From contig JBEIPA010000052.1 of NCBI GenBank assembly GCA_040377305.1, forward strand, positions 1 through 13,968: DNA of 13,968 nucleotides, in the 5' to 3' direction. Of this stretch, positions 1 through 7,155 are shown piece by piece. How positions within the stretch are numbered: the stretch's first letter is position 1; every line of letters begins with the position of its first letter. The DNA is from Flavobacteriales bacterium (GTDB lineage: Bacteria; Bacteroidota; Bacteroidia; Palsa-965). The position numbers and the translations under genes were made by a program. Below the pieces are notes generated by a model that was not told the DNA's origin, ran no database searches, and saw only the letters and a program-made list of their open reading frames with translations.

Positions 1-74
1 CGACCACGGTGAAAAAGCATCTCACTATTGAGTCCCAAATTAGAATATTACCGTGCTCGCCGTGCCGCCGTGGT
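1..74. repeat. GC-rich inverted-repeat (REP-like) element, left arm truncated by window edge
   Basis: CGACCACGGT (1-10) pairs with ACCGTGCTCG (50-59) with one mismatch. The right arm continues as ACCGTGCTCGCCGTGCCGCCGTGGT (50-74), built from CCGTG subrepeats, across an AT-rich spacer. It lies just downstream of the stop of the minus-strand gene. Confidence 0.5.
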
Positions 75-113
75 AAAGCAGCTGCAACGCAGCCATGGAA
101 CAGAAGTAGTGGG

Positions 114-773
114 TTATAAGATCAGCTTGTGGATTTCAACAAATCCATTCTCACTCACAAATGTGAAGAAGTAAACTCCGGCAACGGGAACGTAAGCTTT
201 GTACGTTTCACCGGGTTTGGTTTTCTCAGCGGCAATGGTTTTTCCATTGATGTCAATGAGCGACCACTCTCCCTGAACTGCAGGAGAGAATTCAACTCCG
301 TGACTGAATAAATCCGCATGGATAAATGAAACCGTTTCGTGTTCGCTTATTCCGGTTGTTACATCCGCGTGATACATTACGCGAACGCTATCCGAAGGAT
401 TATCAACATTGAATATTTTCAGAACAACATTTCCGGTATCAGCATAACCGTACGGATAAATGTGAACATAAGCCATGTCTACATCACCCGGAAGCAATGT
501 CCATTCGAGACTATCATCCGGAATTGATGAGCAGTGAAATTCTGTGCAAACCGAAGAGCGCCAATACGAAGGAATGTTCTCCTCTACTCTAACCCAACGC
601 AGGGTAAGTGTATCGCCGGAAGTGTTTGTAATTGTAGGAGTCCAGGCAGGTGAAACCAAATAGCTGGAGGTAATATCACCGCTCACCGAAACATAGTTTG
701 TAGTGACTGTGAACGATTGTGCACTCAATGCAACGAAAAACAGGGCGGAAACGAGGGTAAGAAATCCTTTCAT
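114..773 (-). CDS. Small secreted protein with T9SS type-A C-terminal sorting domain
   Basis: ATG at 773 gives a clean signal peptide (MKGFLTLVSALFFVALSA-QS). It has a beta-rich domain with W..S.C....C. The C-terminus LIDINGK...GVYFF...KLIL matches the T9SS type-A CTD pattern. The track start (TTG 800) is probably 9 codons too long. Confidence 0.8.
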   Translation of the reverse strand: MKGFLTLVSALFFVALSAQSFTVTTNYVSVSGDITSSYLVSPAWTPTITNTSGDTLTLRWVRVEENIPSYWRSSVCTEFHCSSIPDDSLEWTLLPGDVDMAYVHIYPYGYADTGNVVLKIFNVDNPSDSVRVMYHADVTTGISEHETVSFIHADLFSHGVEFSPAVQGEWSLIDINGKTIAAEKTKPGETYKAYVPVAGVYFFTFVSENGFVEIHKLIL

Positions 774-778
774 CAGAG

Positions 779-786
779 CTAAGTTA
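779..786 (-). promoter_or_regulatory. Putative Bacteroidota -7 promoter box (TAACTTAG)
   Basis: One-mismatch variant of the TAnnTTTG consensus, 5 nt before ATG 773. No canonically spaced -33 TTTG was identified. Confidence 0.45.
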
Positions 787-809
787 GACGATTTTCTCAA
801 ACGGTGCTA

Positions 810-833
810 GTGTCAGGTTCGGAGACCTGACAC
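810..833. repeat. REP-like palindrome GTGTCAGGT-tcggag-ACCTGACAC
   Basis: Perfect 9-bp stem with a 6-nt loop. The reverse complement of 809-838 matches 4898-4927 with two single-base indels and one substitution. Confidence 0.75.
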
Positions 834-850
834 CACGTTGTGAGAACCGT

Positions 851-858
851 TAACTTAG
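851..858 (+). promoter_or_regulatory. Putative Bacteroidota -7 promoter box (TAACTTAG)
   Basis: Same octamer as at 779-786, 4 nt before the GTG start at 863. Confidence 0.45.
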
Positions 859-862
859 AACC

Positions 863-3800
863 GTGAATTTCACAGTCTATCGCTCGTCCGCCGGTTCAGG
901 TAAAACGTTCACTTTGGTGAAGGAATACCTGAAAATTGCGCTTGCAGATGAGAATGAGTCGCCGCTGAAGTTTCGCAAAATCCTGGCGATTACGTTTACC
1001 AACAAAGCCGCGCAGGAAATGAAAGATCGCGTGATTCGGGCACTGAAAGAGCTTGCGAATCCGAAACAAGGAGAACTGTCGCCATTGACGGTGATTCTGA
1101 TTTCAGAACTGAATCTGGAACAAATAAAGCTACAACAGCGCGCTGAAAATCTCTTGCGTGCGATTCTGCATAATTATTCCGACTTCGGAATCGGAACAAT
1201 CGATTCATTCACGCATCGCATTGTAAGAAGCTTTGCGTACGATCTCGGGTTGCCCATGAACTTCGAAGTCGAGCTGGAGAAAGAAGAAATGCTGCAGAAG
1301 GCCGTCGACAAGCTGATGAGCAAAATCGGCATTGACGAAGAAATCACCAAAACACTTCTGAAATTCTCCGAAGAGAAAACCGACGACGAAAAAGGCTGGC
1401 AGATTGAATCAGAGTTGAAATACACGGCCGATTATCTTCTCAAAGAAAGCGGAACACTCAATGCACAACGACTGAGAAATCTTTCCCTGCAGGATTTTTC
1501 TGAAATCAGAAGTAAACTCTTTCTGCTCACGAAAGGATTTGAAGATAAAATCACATTGCTTTCTCAGAAGGCGGTCGATCTCATCAAAAGTTCCGGTCTA
1601 TCTGCGGATGATTTCTACCAGAGTCGCGCAGGAATTTCAGTCTGGTTCCAGCGAATCAACACGCGCGACTACGAACCATTGGCAAAACCGAATTCGTATG
1701 TGCTGAAAGCCATCGAAGAAAATAAATGGACATCGGGCGCGGCTGCAAAGAATGGCAACGCTGCAATTGTCATGGGTATTGCCGATCGTTTGCGCGAACT
1801 GTTTGCTGAAATTCAGGAGGTCGTTCGCGAACATTATGCGCAATACGTAACGCGCAATGCAATCCGCAAACATTTGTATTCACTCGCGGTATTGAACGAG
1901 CTCGAGAAAATCCTGAAAGAGTTTCGCGATGAAGACAGCGTGATCCACATTTCGGAATTCAATCACATTATTTCCAAAGTAGTGGTTGAACAACCGGTTC
2001 CCTACATCTTTGAAAAGCTCGGTGCACGCTACTCCCATTTTCTCATTGATGAGTTTCAGGATACATCCGTTCTCCAATGGGAAAACCTTTTGCCTTTGAT
2101 CGAAAATGGTCTTGCCGAGAACAATTTCTCCATGGTTGTTGGTGATGCCAAACAAGCAATCTACCGCTGGCGCTCGGGCGATGTTGAACAATTCGTTTTT
2201 CTTCCCGCGCTTCAGAATAAGGATCAGAATATTCTGATGCAGGATCGTGAGCAAAGTCTCAAACGACATTTTCTCGAACAGGAACTTGATAAAAACTTCC
2301 GTTCGCGAAAAACGGTGGTGGAATTCAACAACGATTTATTCTACAAGCTTTCTGCGGAACTCTCCACGAACTACAAAGGAATTTACGAGCGTGTTGCCCA
2401 GCAAATCAAACCGGGTAACGACGGCGGTTATGTTGAATTACGTTTTCCAAAGCGTGAAGGAAAAACCGAAGCCATCTACGCACAGTATACCGACGAAGCA
2501 ATACAACTCGTACAGCAATTGCTCAGCGAAGGATGGCAAATGCGAAACATTGCTTTGCTAGTTCGCGAAAACCGTCAGGGAAGTTTACTCGCGAACGCAT
2601 TGATCGCTGAAGGCATTCCGGTCTTGTCGTCGGATTCTTTGCTCATCCGGAATTCTCCACTCATCTGCTGCGTCGTTTCCTTGTTACGTGTATTGGAACA
2701 TCCGGAAGACAGAATTGCGTTGACTGATGCAGTTGACTATCTCAACAAAACCGGACGCGGAGCCTATCCCCTGCACGACCTGCAACACAAGAATGCAAAA
2801 CTGAAAGACGCACTCGCCGCATTCGGAATCAACGAGGATCTGAATTATCTCTCGGTGCTTCCACTCTATCAGCAATGCGAATCACTCATCCGCACCATAT
2901 TTCCGAATGAACAGAGAAATGCCTGGGTTGTTTTCTTCCTCGACGAGCTGCTTCGCTTTGGTACTACCAGAAATCCTGACCGGGAAAGTTTCTTCGCCTG
3001 GTGGGATGATCGTTCAAGGAATGCATCCGTAGTTATTCCCGAAGGAACAGATGCGGTGAACATCATGACCATTCACAAATCCAAAGGACTCGAATTTCCG
3101 GTGGTAATCATTCCATATCTCGACTGGAAACAGCGAACATTGAGCAGCACAATCTGGATTGAACCAAACGACGTAGAAGTTCCTAATCTTGAAACCGCTC
3201 TTGTTTCAGAAAACAAAGAGTTGAAACAATCCAGTATTGCAGATCAATACTTGCGCGAGGTCGACAAGAAAGTTCTTGATCAAATGAACCTGCTTTATGT
3301 TGGATGTACTCGTGCTGTCGATCGTCTTTATCTGATTAGTCAGCGGGGCGAGCAGAAAGAAGATCCAACGAATGTTCCGGGTTGGCTCAACAAGATTTAT
3401 TCCAACGAATTGCTGGGCGCAGATGTGCTACACTTCGGAGAAACTGCTCCACCATCTGTTGAAAGTAAGAAAGGTGAAATGAGCGAATTCATTTCTCTCT
3501 CTGCCGGCGAAGGAAAATGGACGGGAAAAGTCCGCGTTCGGAAATATTCTGAAGAATCGTGGGGCGATGAAATCACGAAACGGGAAAGTGGAATTATTCT
3601 GCATAACCTGCTTCAGAAAGTAACTACTGCGGATTCGGTGGAAGAAGTAATTACGGCTGCAGTCAATTCCGGATATTTATCGGATGACAACAAATCGGAA
3701 ACTGCGCAGCTTCTCAAAAACGTAACCGAACATGCTGATCTGCGACAATATTTTGCAACTAATTCTACTTCCTTTTGCGAGTTAGATATTCTTATTCCGG

Positions 3801-3997
3801 GGGAACGAGCATCGCGCCCAGATCGTGTAGTTGTGACGAAAGACGAGGCCGTTATTCTTGAATACAAGTCTGGGGCTGAGTCAGAAGATCACTTCCACCA
3901 GGTGAAACACTATAAATCCTTGTTGGAGCGGATGGGCTATCAGAAAATTTCAGGCAAGCTGATTTATCTGGATCCGCTGAAAATTATCACCTTGTAA
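863..3997 (+). CDS. addA: AddA/RecB-like ATP-dependent helicase-nuclease (UvrD family SF1A helicase plus C-terminal PD-(D/E)XK nuclease)
   Basis: Walker A SSAGSGKT, AITFTNKAA, TIDSF, Walker B LIDEFQD, VGDAKQAIYRWR, NFRS, MTIHKSKGLEF and LYVGCTRA. C-terminal nuclease residues: G.ILH, RPDRVV, ILEYKSG, QVKHY. Confidence 0.92.
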   Translation: MNFTVYRSSAGSGKTFTLVKEYLKIALADENESPLKFRKILAITFTNKAAQEMKDRVIRALKELANPKQGELSPLTVILISELNLEQIKLQQRAENLLRAILHNYSDFGIGTIDSFTHRIVRSFAYDLGLPMNFEVELEKEEMLQKAVDKLMSKIGIDEEITKTLLKFSEEKTDDEKGWQIESELKYTADYLLKESGTLNAQRLRNLSLQDFSEIRSKLFLLTKGFEDKITLLSQKAVDLIKSSGLSADDFYQSRAGISVWFQRINTRDYEPLAKPNSYVLKAIEENKWTSGAAAKNGNAAIVMGIADRLRELFAEIQEVVREHYAQYVTRNAIRKHLYSLAVLNELEKILKEFRDEDSVIHISEFNHIISKVVVEQPVPYIFEKLGARYSHFLIDEFQDTSVLQWENLLPLIENGLAENNFSMVVGDAKQAIYRWRSGDVEQFVFLPALQNKDQNILMQDREQSLKRHFLEQELDKNFRSRKTVVEFNNDLFYKLSAELSTNYKGIYERVAQQIKPGNDGGYVELRFPKREGKTEAIYAQYTDEAIQLVQQLLSEGWQMRNIALLVRENRQGSLLANALIAEGIPVLSSDSLLIRNSPLICCVVSLLRVLEHPEDRIALTDAVDYLNKTGRGAYPLHDLQHKNAKLKDALAAFGINEDLNYLSVLPLYQQCESLIRTIFPNEQRNAWVVFFLDELLRFGTTRNPDRESFFAWWDDRSRNASVVIPEGTDAVNIMTIHKSKGLEFPVVIIPYLDWKQRTLSSTIWIEPNDVEVPNLETALVSENKELKQSSIADQYLREVDKKVLDQMNLLYVGCTRAVDRLYLISQRGEQKEDPTNVPGWLNKIYSNELLGADVLHFGETAPPSVESKKGEMSEFISLSAGEGKWTGKVRVRKYSEESWGDEITKRESGIILHNLLQKVTTADSVEEVITAAVNSGYLSDDNKSETAQLLKNVTEHADLRQYFATNSTSFCELDILIPGERASRPDRVVVTKDEAVILEYKSGAESEDHFHQVKHYKSLLERMGYQKISGKLIYLDPLKIITL

Positions 3998-4022
3998 GTC
4001 TCGTTGCGTCTGGCGACGCTCT

Positions 4023-4136
4023 GCCATCCCGACGCTTACCATCAGGACAGATTGCGCCGATTTCTCAGATTATGATCTTAGGAAACAATAGTAAAAACAA
4101 AATTTGCGCAATCTGAGAAATCTGCGCATCTGTGGC
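4023..4136. repeat. Long imperfect inverted repeat (REP-like pair) with a 21-bp palindromic insert in the left arm
   Basis: Left arm GCCA[insert 4027-4047]CAGATTGCGCCGATTTCTCAGATT (to 4071) is the near reverse complement of AATCTGAGAAATCTGCGCATCTGTGGC (4110-4136). The spacer is AT-rich. Confidence 0.7.
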
Positions 4137-4186
4137 GACAAGGTGAAGCCGCAAAATCCGCACCTTTGTATTATTCACTCACGCAC

Positions 4187-4215
4187 GTCATCCTTCGACT
4201 CCGCTCAGTATGACA
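4187..4215. repeat. REP-like element, C(T/C)TCGACTCCGCTC family
   Basis: GTCAT-CCTTCGACTCCGCTCAGT-ATGAC. The same core recurs at 13141-13163 and, inverted, at 13186-13209. Confidence 0.7.
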
Positions 4216-4254
4216 AGTGCCCGGAACCAACAGCGGATAAATTGAAAAACGACT

Positions 4255-4743
4255 ATGGCAAGTTTCGATATCGTTTCCAAATTCGACGGACAAACACTCG
4301 ACAATGCAATCAACAGCGCACGCAAAGAAATTATTGGTCGCTTCGATTTCAAGGGATCGAAAACTACAATTGATCTTGATAAGAAGGAGAACCTCATCAA
4401 GATTCACACCGAAGATGAAATGCGTTTGAAATCTGTGATCGATGTGATCCGCATGCGCATGGTGAAACAGAATCTCGATCCACGTTGTCTCGACGAAGGA
4501 AAAGAAGTGGAAGCCACAGGCATGACCATCCGCAAAGACATCAAAGTCAAACAAGGAATTGATGCTGACACTGCGCGCAAAATTCAGAAAGACATCAAAG
4601 ACTCCAAACTGAAAGTGCAAGCCCAGAAAATGGACGATCAAATCCGCGTTACCGCCAAAAAGATCGACGATTTACAAGCAGTCATTGCCCTCTGCCGACG
4701 CGGACAATATGATATGCCTCTGCAGTTTGTGAATATGAAATGA
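4255..4743 (+). CDS. yajQ: YajQ family nucleotide/cyclic di-GMP-binding protein
   Basis: 162 aa with hallmark segments MASFDIVS, RFDFKGSK, KQGID, KLKVQAQ, IRVTAKKIDDLQAVI and PLQFVN. Confidence 0.95.
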   Translation: MASFDIVSKFDGQTLDNAINSARKEIIGRFDFKGSKTTIDLDKKENLIKIHTEDEMRLKSVIDVIRMRMVKQNLDPRCLDEGKEVEATGMTIRKDIKVKQGIDADTARKIQKDIKDSKLKVQAQKMDDQIRVTAKKIDDLQAVIALCRRGQYDMPLQFVNMK

Positions 4744-4745
4744 TT

Positions 4746-4821
4746 GGATGATAGGATGATAGGATGATGGGATGATGGGATGATGGGATGATGGGATGAT
4801 GGGATGATGGGATGATAGGAT
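4746..4821 (+). repeat. 8-bp tandem repeat (GGATGAT[A/G]) x 9.5
   Basis: Counted directly: 2x GGATGATA, 6x GGATGATG, 1x GGATGATA, then GGAT. Starts 2 nt after the yajQ stop. Confidence 0.95.
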
Positions 4822-4827
4822 CTGTCT

Positions 4828-4980
4828 GCTACACTATTCGACCTGACAGCGCCACGATATCGGTTCTCACATCAAAGCCACGATCCCGGTTCTCAAGACG
4901 TGGTGTCACGGTCCCCGACCTGACACTGCGACAATCTCGGTCCTCACGACAAGCCACGATCCCGGTCTCACAACATCACT
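4828..4980 (+). repeat. Degenerate array of six 23-28 bp units arranged as two ~77-bp blocks (BIME-like REP cluster)
   Basis: Units start at 4828, 4851, 4877, 4905, 4928 and 4953. CGACCTGACA occurs at 4839 and 4916. AAGCCACGATCCCGGT occurs at 4875 and 4951. Confidence 0.7.
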
Positions 4981-4984
4981 CTGC

Positions 4985-5012
4985 TATCCGCGCGCTGAAG
5001 CGACGCGGCTAT
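4985..5012. repeat. GC-rich hairpin (REP-like)
   Basis: CCGCGCGC-TGAA-GCG(A)CGCGG: 8-bp stem with one bulge, in the convergent gap between yajQ and the small ORFs. Single copy in the window. Confidence 0.45.
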
Positions 5013-5059
5013 CATCGCTCGATCAAGGGAAAGTTGTGCACTCGCTGTGCTCGTGAAAA

Positions 5060-5185
5060 TTATTCTTTGTAAAACACGAAGTACCAGAAAATCAACACCA
5101 CAACAGCAAGGCATCCCCACATGACTATTTCCTTAACGTCATCTGGTGGTTCGCGGTGGCTAAGTGCAATACGTAATACTCTCAT
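5060..5185 (-). CDS. Small single-pass membrane protein (41 aa)
   Basis: MRVLRIALSHREPPDDVKEIVMWGCLAVVVLIFWYFVFYKE*. ATG 5185 overlaps the TGA of the upstream small ORF (ATGA). One hydrophobic helix of about 20 aa. Confidence 0.6.
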   Translation of the reverse strand: MRVLRIALSHREPPDDVKEIVMWGCLAVVVLIFWYFVFYKE

Positions 5186-5340
5186 TCCCGTTTCTTCTTC
5201 CAGGAGTAATACGTCCACAAAGCACCACCTAAGGAGAGAGTCAAAAGTACCACGAAAGCCCAATTGGCCCAATATCGCTCTTCCGGAGAAAGCTTAAAGT
5301 TCCCGTGAGGACCATAACGCAGAATCGTCAGCATCTTCAT
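5182..5340 (-). CDS. Small single-pass membrane protein (52 aa; 50 aa from ATG 5334), absent from the ORF track
   Basis: Manual translation: MKMLTILRYGPHGNFKLSPEERYWANWAFVVLLTLSLGGALWTYYSWKKKRE*. ATG 5340 overlaps the TGA of the SBBP gene (ATGA). The hydrophobic helix is followed by a KKKR positive-inside tail. Confidence 0.6.
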   Translation of the reverse strand: MKMLTILRYGPHGNFKLSPEERYWANWAFVVLLTLSLGGALWTYYSWKKKRE

Positions 5341-7040
5341 TCCACAATCAACTTGAGAGTCGACAGATTCCCTTCCGTAACCACGTTCACGAAATAAATT
5401 CCGGAGGTCAGTCCATTAAGATTTATGAAGGCTTGTTTTCCATTCAAGTGAACTTCCGTTTCAACGAGTTTTCCATCAATTGAAAAAACGGTGCACGCTT
5501 TTATAACTTCACTTGAAACTAGCGTTGCGTATTCATTTGCAGGATTCGGATAAACTTCCAAATCAGTTCTTAAAATTTCGGAATCCGGAATCACGGAATT
5601 CGAAGACCATGTCTCCGAAAGTTTATACCTCACCGCAAACCCATCTCCGTTCGAAACATAATTCGATTGAAACGGATTCAACACCGGAAGATTGTTGCTG
5701 TATGAATATCCCACCGTTGTTGCAACCGTATCTGCATTCACTGTAATGCTCATCATTTCATCAGCCCCGCTTCCACCGAAATAAGTTGATGTAACATAAT
5801 TACCCGCAGTGTCGAATTTCACAATGAATCCGTCTGTTCCGCCCCACAGCGAATCCTGCGGTGCCGTCACGTTCATGAATAAATCAGGACTGCTTGTTGC
5901 ACCTGAGACGTACAAATATCCATCGCGACGAACCATGCTCCAGGTTTTATCATCCACACTTCCTCCGAAGAACGTTGAGAAATACGGAACACCTGTGCTG
6001 TCGAATCGCGCTACCCACGCGTCGTTTATTCCCTGAAACATAGGCTGAAAAATTGTTCCTGCGGTATTGAAATCAATGCTGGATGTGTGACCAGCCAGAT
6101 AAATATTTCCATTGGAATCTCCTGCAAGACCGAAGCAATCTTCATTACCGGAACCGCCGTAGTATGTTGCGTACTTTCGTGTACCATCCATTTCAAATAC
6201 CACGTAATACGCATCACAAATGCCGAGCTTTCCGTTTTGAAATGCTCCTGGTGTACACGGAAAGTTGGTGCTGAATGATCCACCGCAGGCAAGGATTTGA
6301 TTATTCGGTGAAACAACTAGTGTGTGAACATCTTCTGTACTAGATCCACCATAAAAAGTTGACCACGCCGGCGCGAATGATTGATCAAGTACGGTGATGA
6401 ACAAATCGTTTGCTCCTGCGTTTGTTTGCTGATAGCCCAATGTACTTTGTGGCAAAGAGGTTGAAGTTGTTGCGCCACCAATCACAATCATGCCGCTGGA
6501 GTCCACATCAATGCCGTACGCTTGTTCTGCACCAATATCTCCGAAGTAAGATGCTTGCTGTATTGTTCCGTCAAAACCGAGGCGAAGAATCACGGCATCA
6601 TAACTTCCGGCATGCGTGGGTTGAAATGCATTCACCATCGGACAATCGTTGCTGTTGGTTGAGCCCACAACGTAAATCACGGTATCGTGTACAACCAACG
6701 CATTCGCCGATTCAAAGAACAGTCCGCCGTACATAACTGTCCAGACAATTTGTCCAAGACTGTCCATGCGAAAAATGACCATGTCGTAACCACCGGCAAG
6801 CGAATCCAGAGAATCTGTTCCCGGAAAAGTGGTGCTCATTGTGCGTCCGCAAACAACTACGCCTTTATCAGGCATGTCGCGCACGCAAAACAGTTCGTCT
6901 GTATCAGTGGAGCCCGCGTACGTCATCCACTGCGTAGCAAACGTTCCTGCAAGCACATTAACAGGTGCAAACTCACGCTCATTCTGCGCGAATGCGAAAA
7001 CGGAAAAAAGTAAGGAAGCTAACAGCGTGAAAAATCTCAT
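5337..7040 (-). CDS. SBBP-repeat (beta-propeller) protein with T9SS type-A sorting domain
   Basis: Signal peptide ending AFA-Q. About seven repeats of the form (S/A)T(Y/F)(Y/F)GGS..D/E ... D..G.IY..G.T.S. C-terminal VYPNPA...IDGK...LTSGIYFV...KLIVE. Confidence 0.9.
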   Translation of the reverse strand: MRFFTLLASLLFSVFAFAQNEREFAPVNVLAGTFATQWMTYAGSTDTDELFCVRDMPDKGVVVCGRTMSTTFPGTDSLDSLAGGYDMVIFRMDSLGQIVWTVMYGGLFFESANALVVHDTVIYVVGSTNSNDCPMVNAFQPTHAGSYDAVILRLGFDGTIQQASYFGDIGAEQAYGIDVDSSGMIVIGGATTSTSLPQSTLGYQQTNAGANDLFITVLDQSFAPAWSTFYGGSSTEDVHTLVVSPNNQILACGGSFSTNFPCTPGAFQNGKLGICDAYYVVFEMDGTRKYATYYGGSGNEDCFGLAGDSNGNIYLAGHTSSIDFNTAGTIFQPMFQGINDAWVARFDSTGVPYFSTFFGGSVDDKTWSMVRRDGYLYVSGATSSPDLFMNVTAPQDSLWGGTDGFIVKFDTAGNYVTSTYFGGSGADEMMSITVNADTVATTVGYSYSNNLPVLNPFQSNYVSNGDGFAVRYKLSETWSSNSVIPDSEILRTDLEVYPNPANEYATLVSSEVIKACTVFSIDGKLVETEVHLNGKQAFINLNGLTSGIYFVNVVTEGNLSTLKLIVE

Positions 7041-7102
7041 GAATGTGATTCTTCCTCTAATTTACGGCTTTTTTGAGAGGTGGATTGCACGCGAATGAAA
7101 AC

Positions 7103-7133
7103 AAAAAAGGTCCGAAGTTTTCACTCCAGACCT
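7103..7133 (-). terminator. Rho-independent terminator of the 1148-aa gene
   Basis: Minus strand AGGTCTGGAGT-GAAA-ACTTCGGACCT-TTTTT: 11-bp stem (two G-U pairs), GNRA tetraloop and U tract, 22 nt after the stop codon. Confidence 0.8.
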
Positions 7134-7155
7134 GTATGATTTCAGACTAAACTGA

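Noticed and set aside
774-800. TTG start at 800 for the first gene
   Set aside because: It adds 9 residues before a normal signal peptide and would cover the putative -7 box.
863-3997. Anti-phage helicase-nuclease defence system
   Set aside because: Size and motif order fit housekeeping AddA, and no defence or mobility genes are nearby.
4104-4641. ORFs 4104-4373 (+), 4171-4641 (-) and 4188-4400 (-)
   Set aside because: They overlap or are antisense to yajQ and run through repeat elements, so they are shadow ORFs.
4828-4980. CRISPR array
   Set aside because: Units are degenerate and abut each other with no unique 25-45 bp spacers, and no cas gene or leader is present.
4812-5072. 86-aa plus-strand ORF
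   Set aside because: It starts inside the octamer repeat and reads through REP-like units. The Arg/Ser-rich sequence has no recognisable motif.
5060-5272. 70-aa version of the small minus-strand ORF
   Set aside because: The TTG start lies inside the better-supported 52-aa ORF in another frame. ATG 5185 with its ATGA overlap is preferred.
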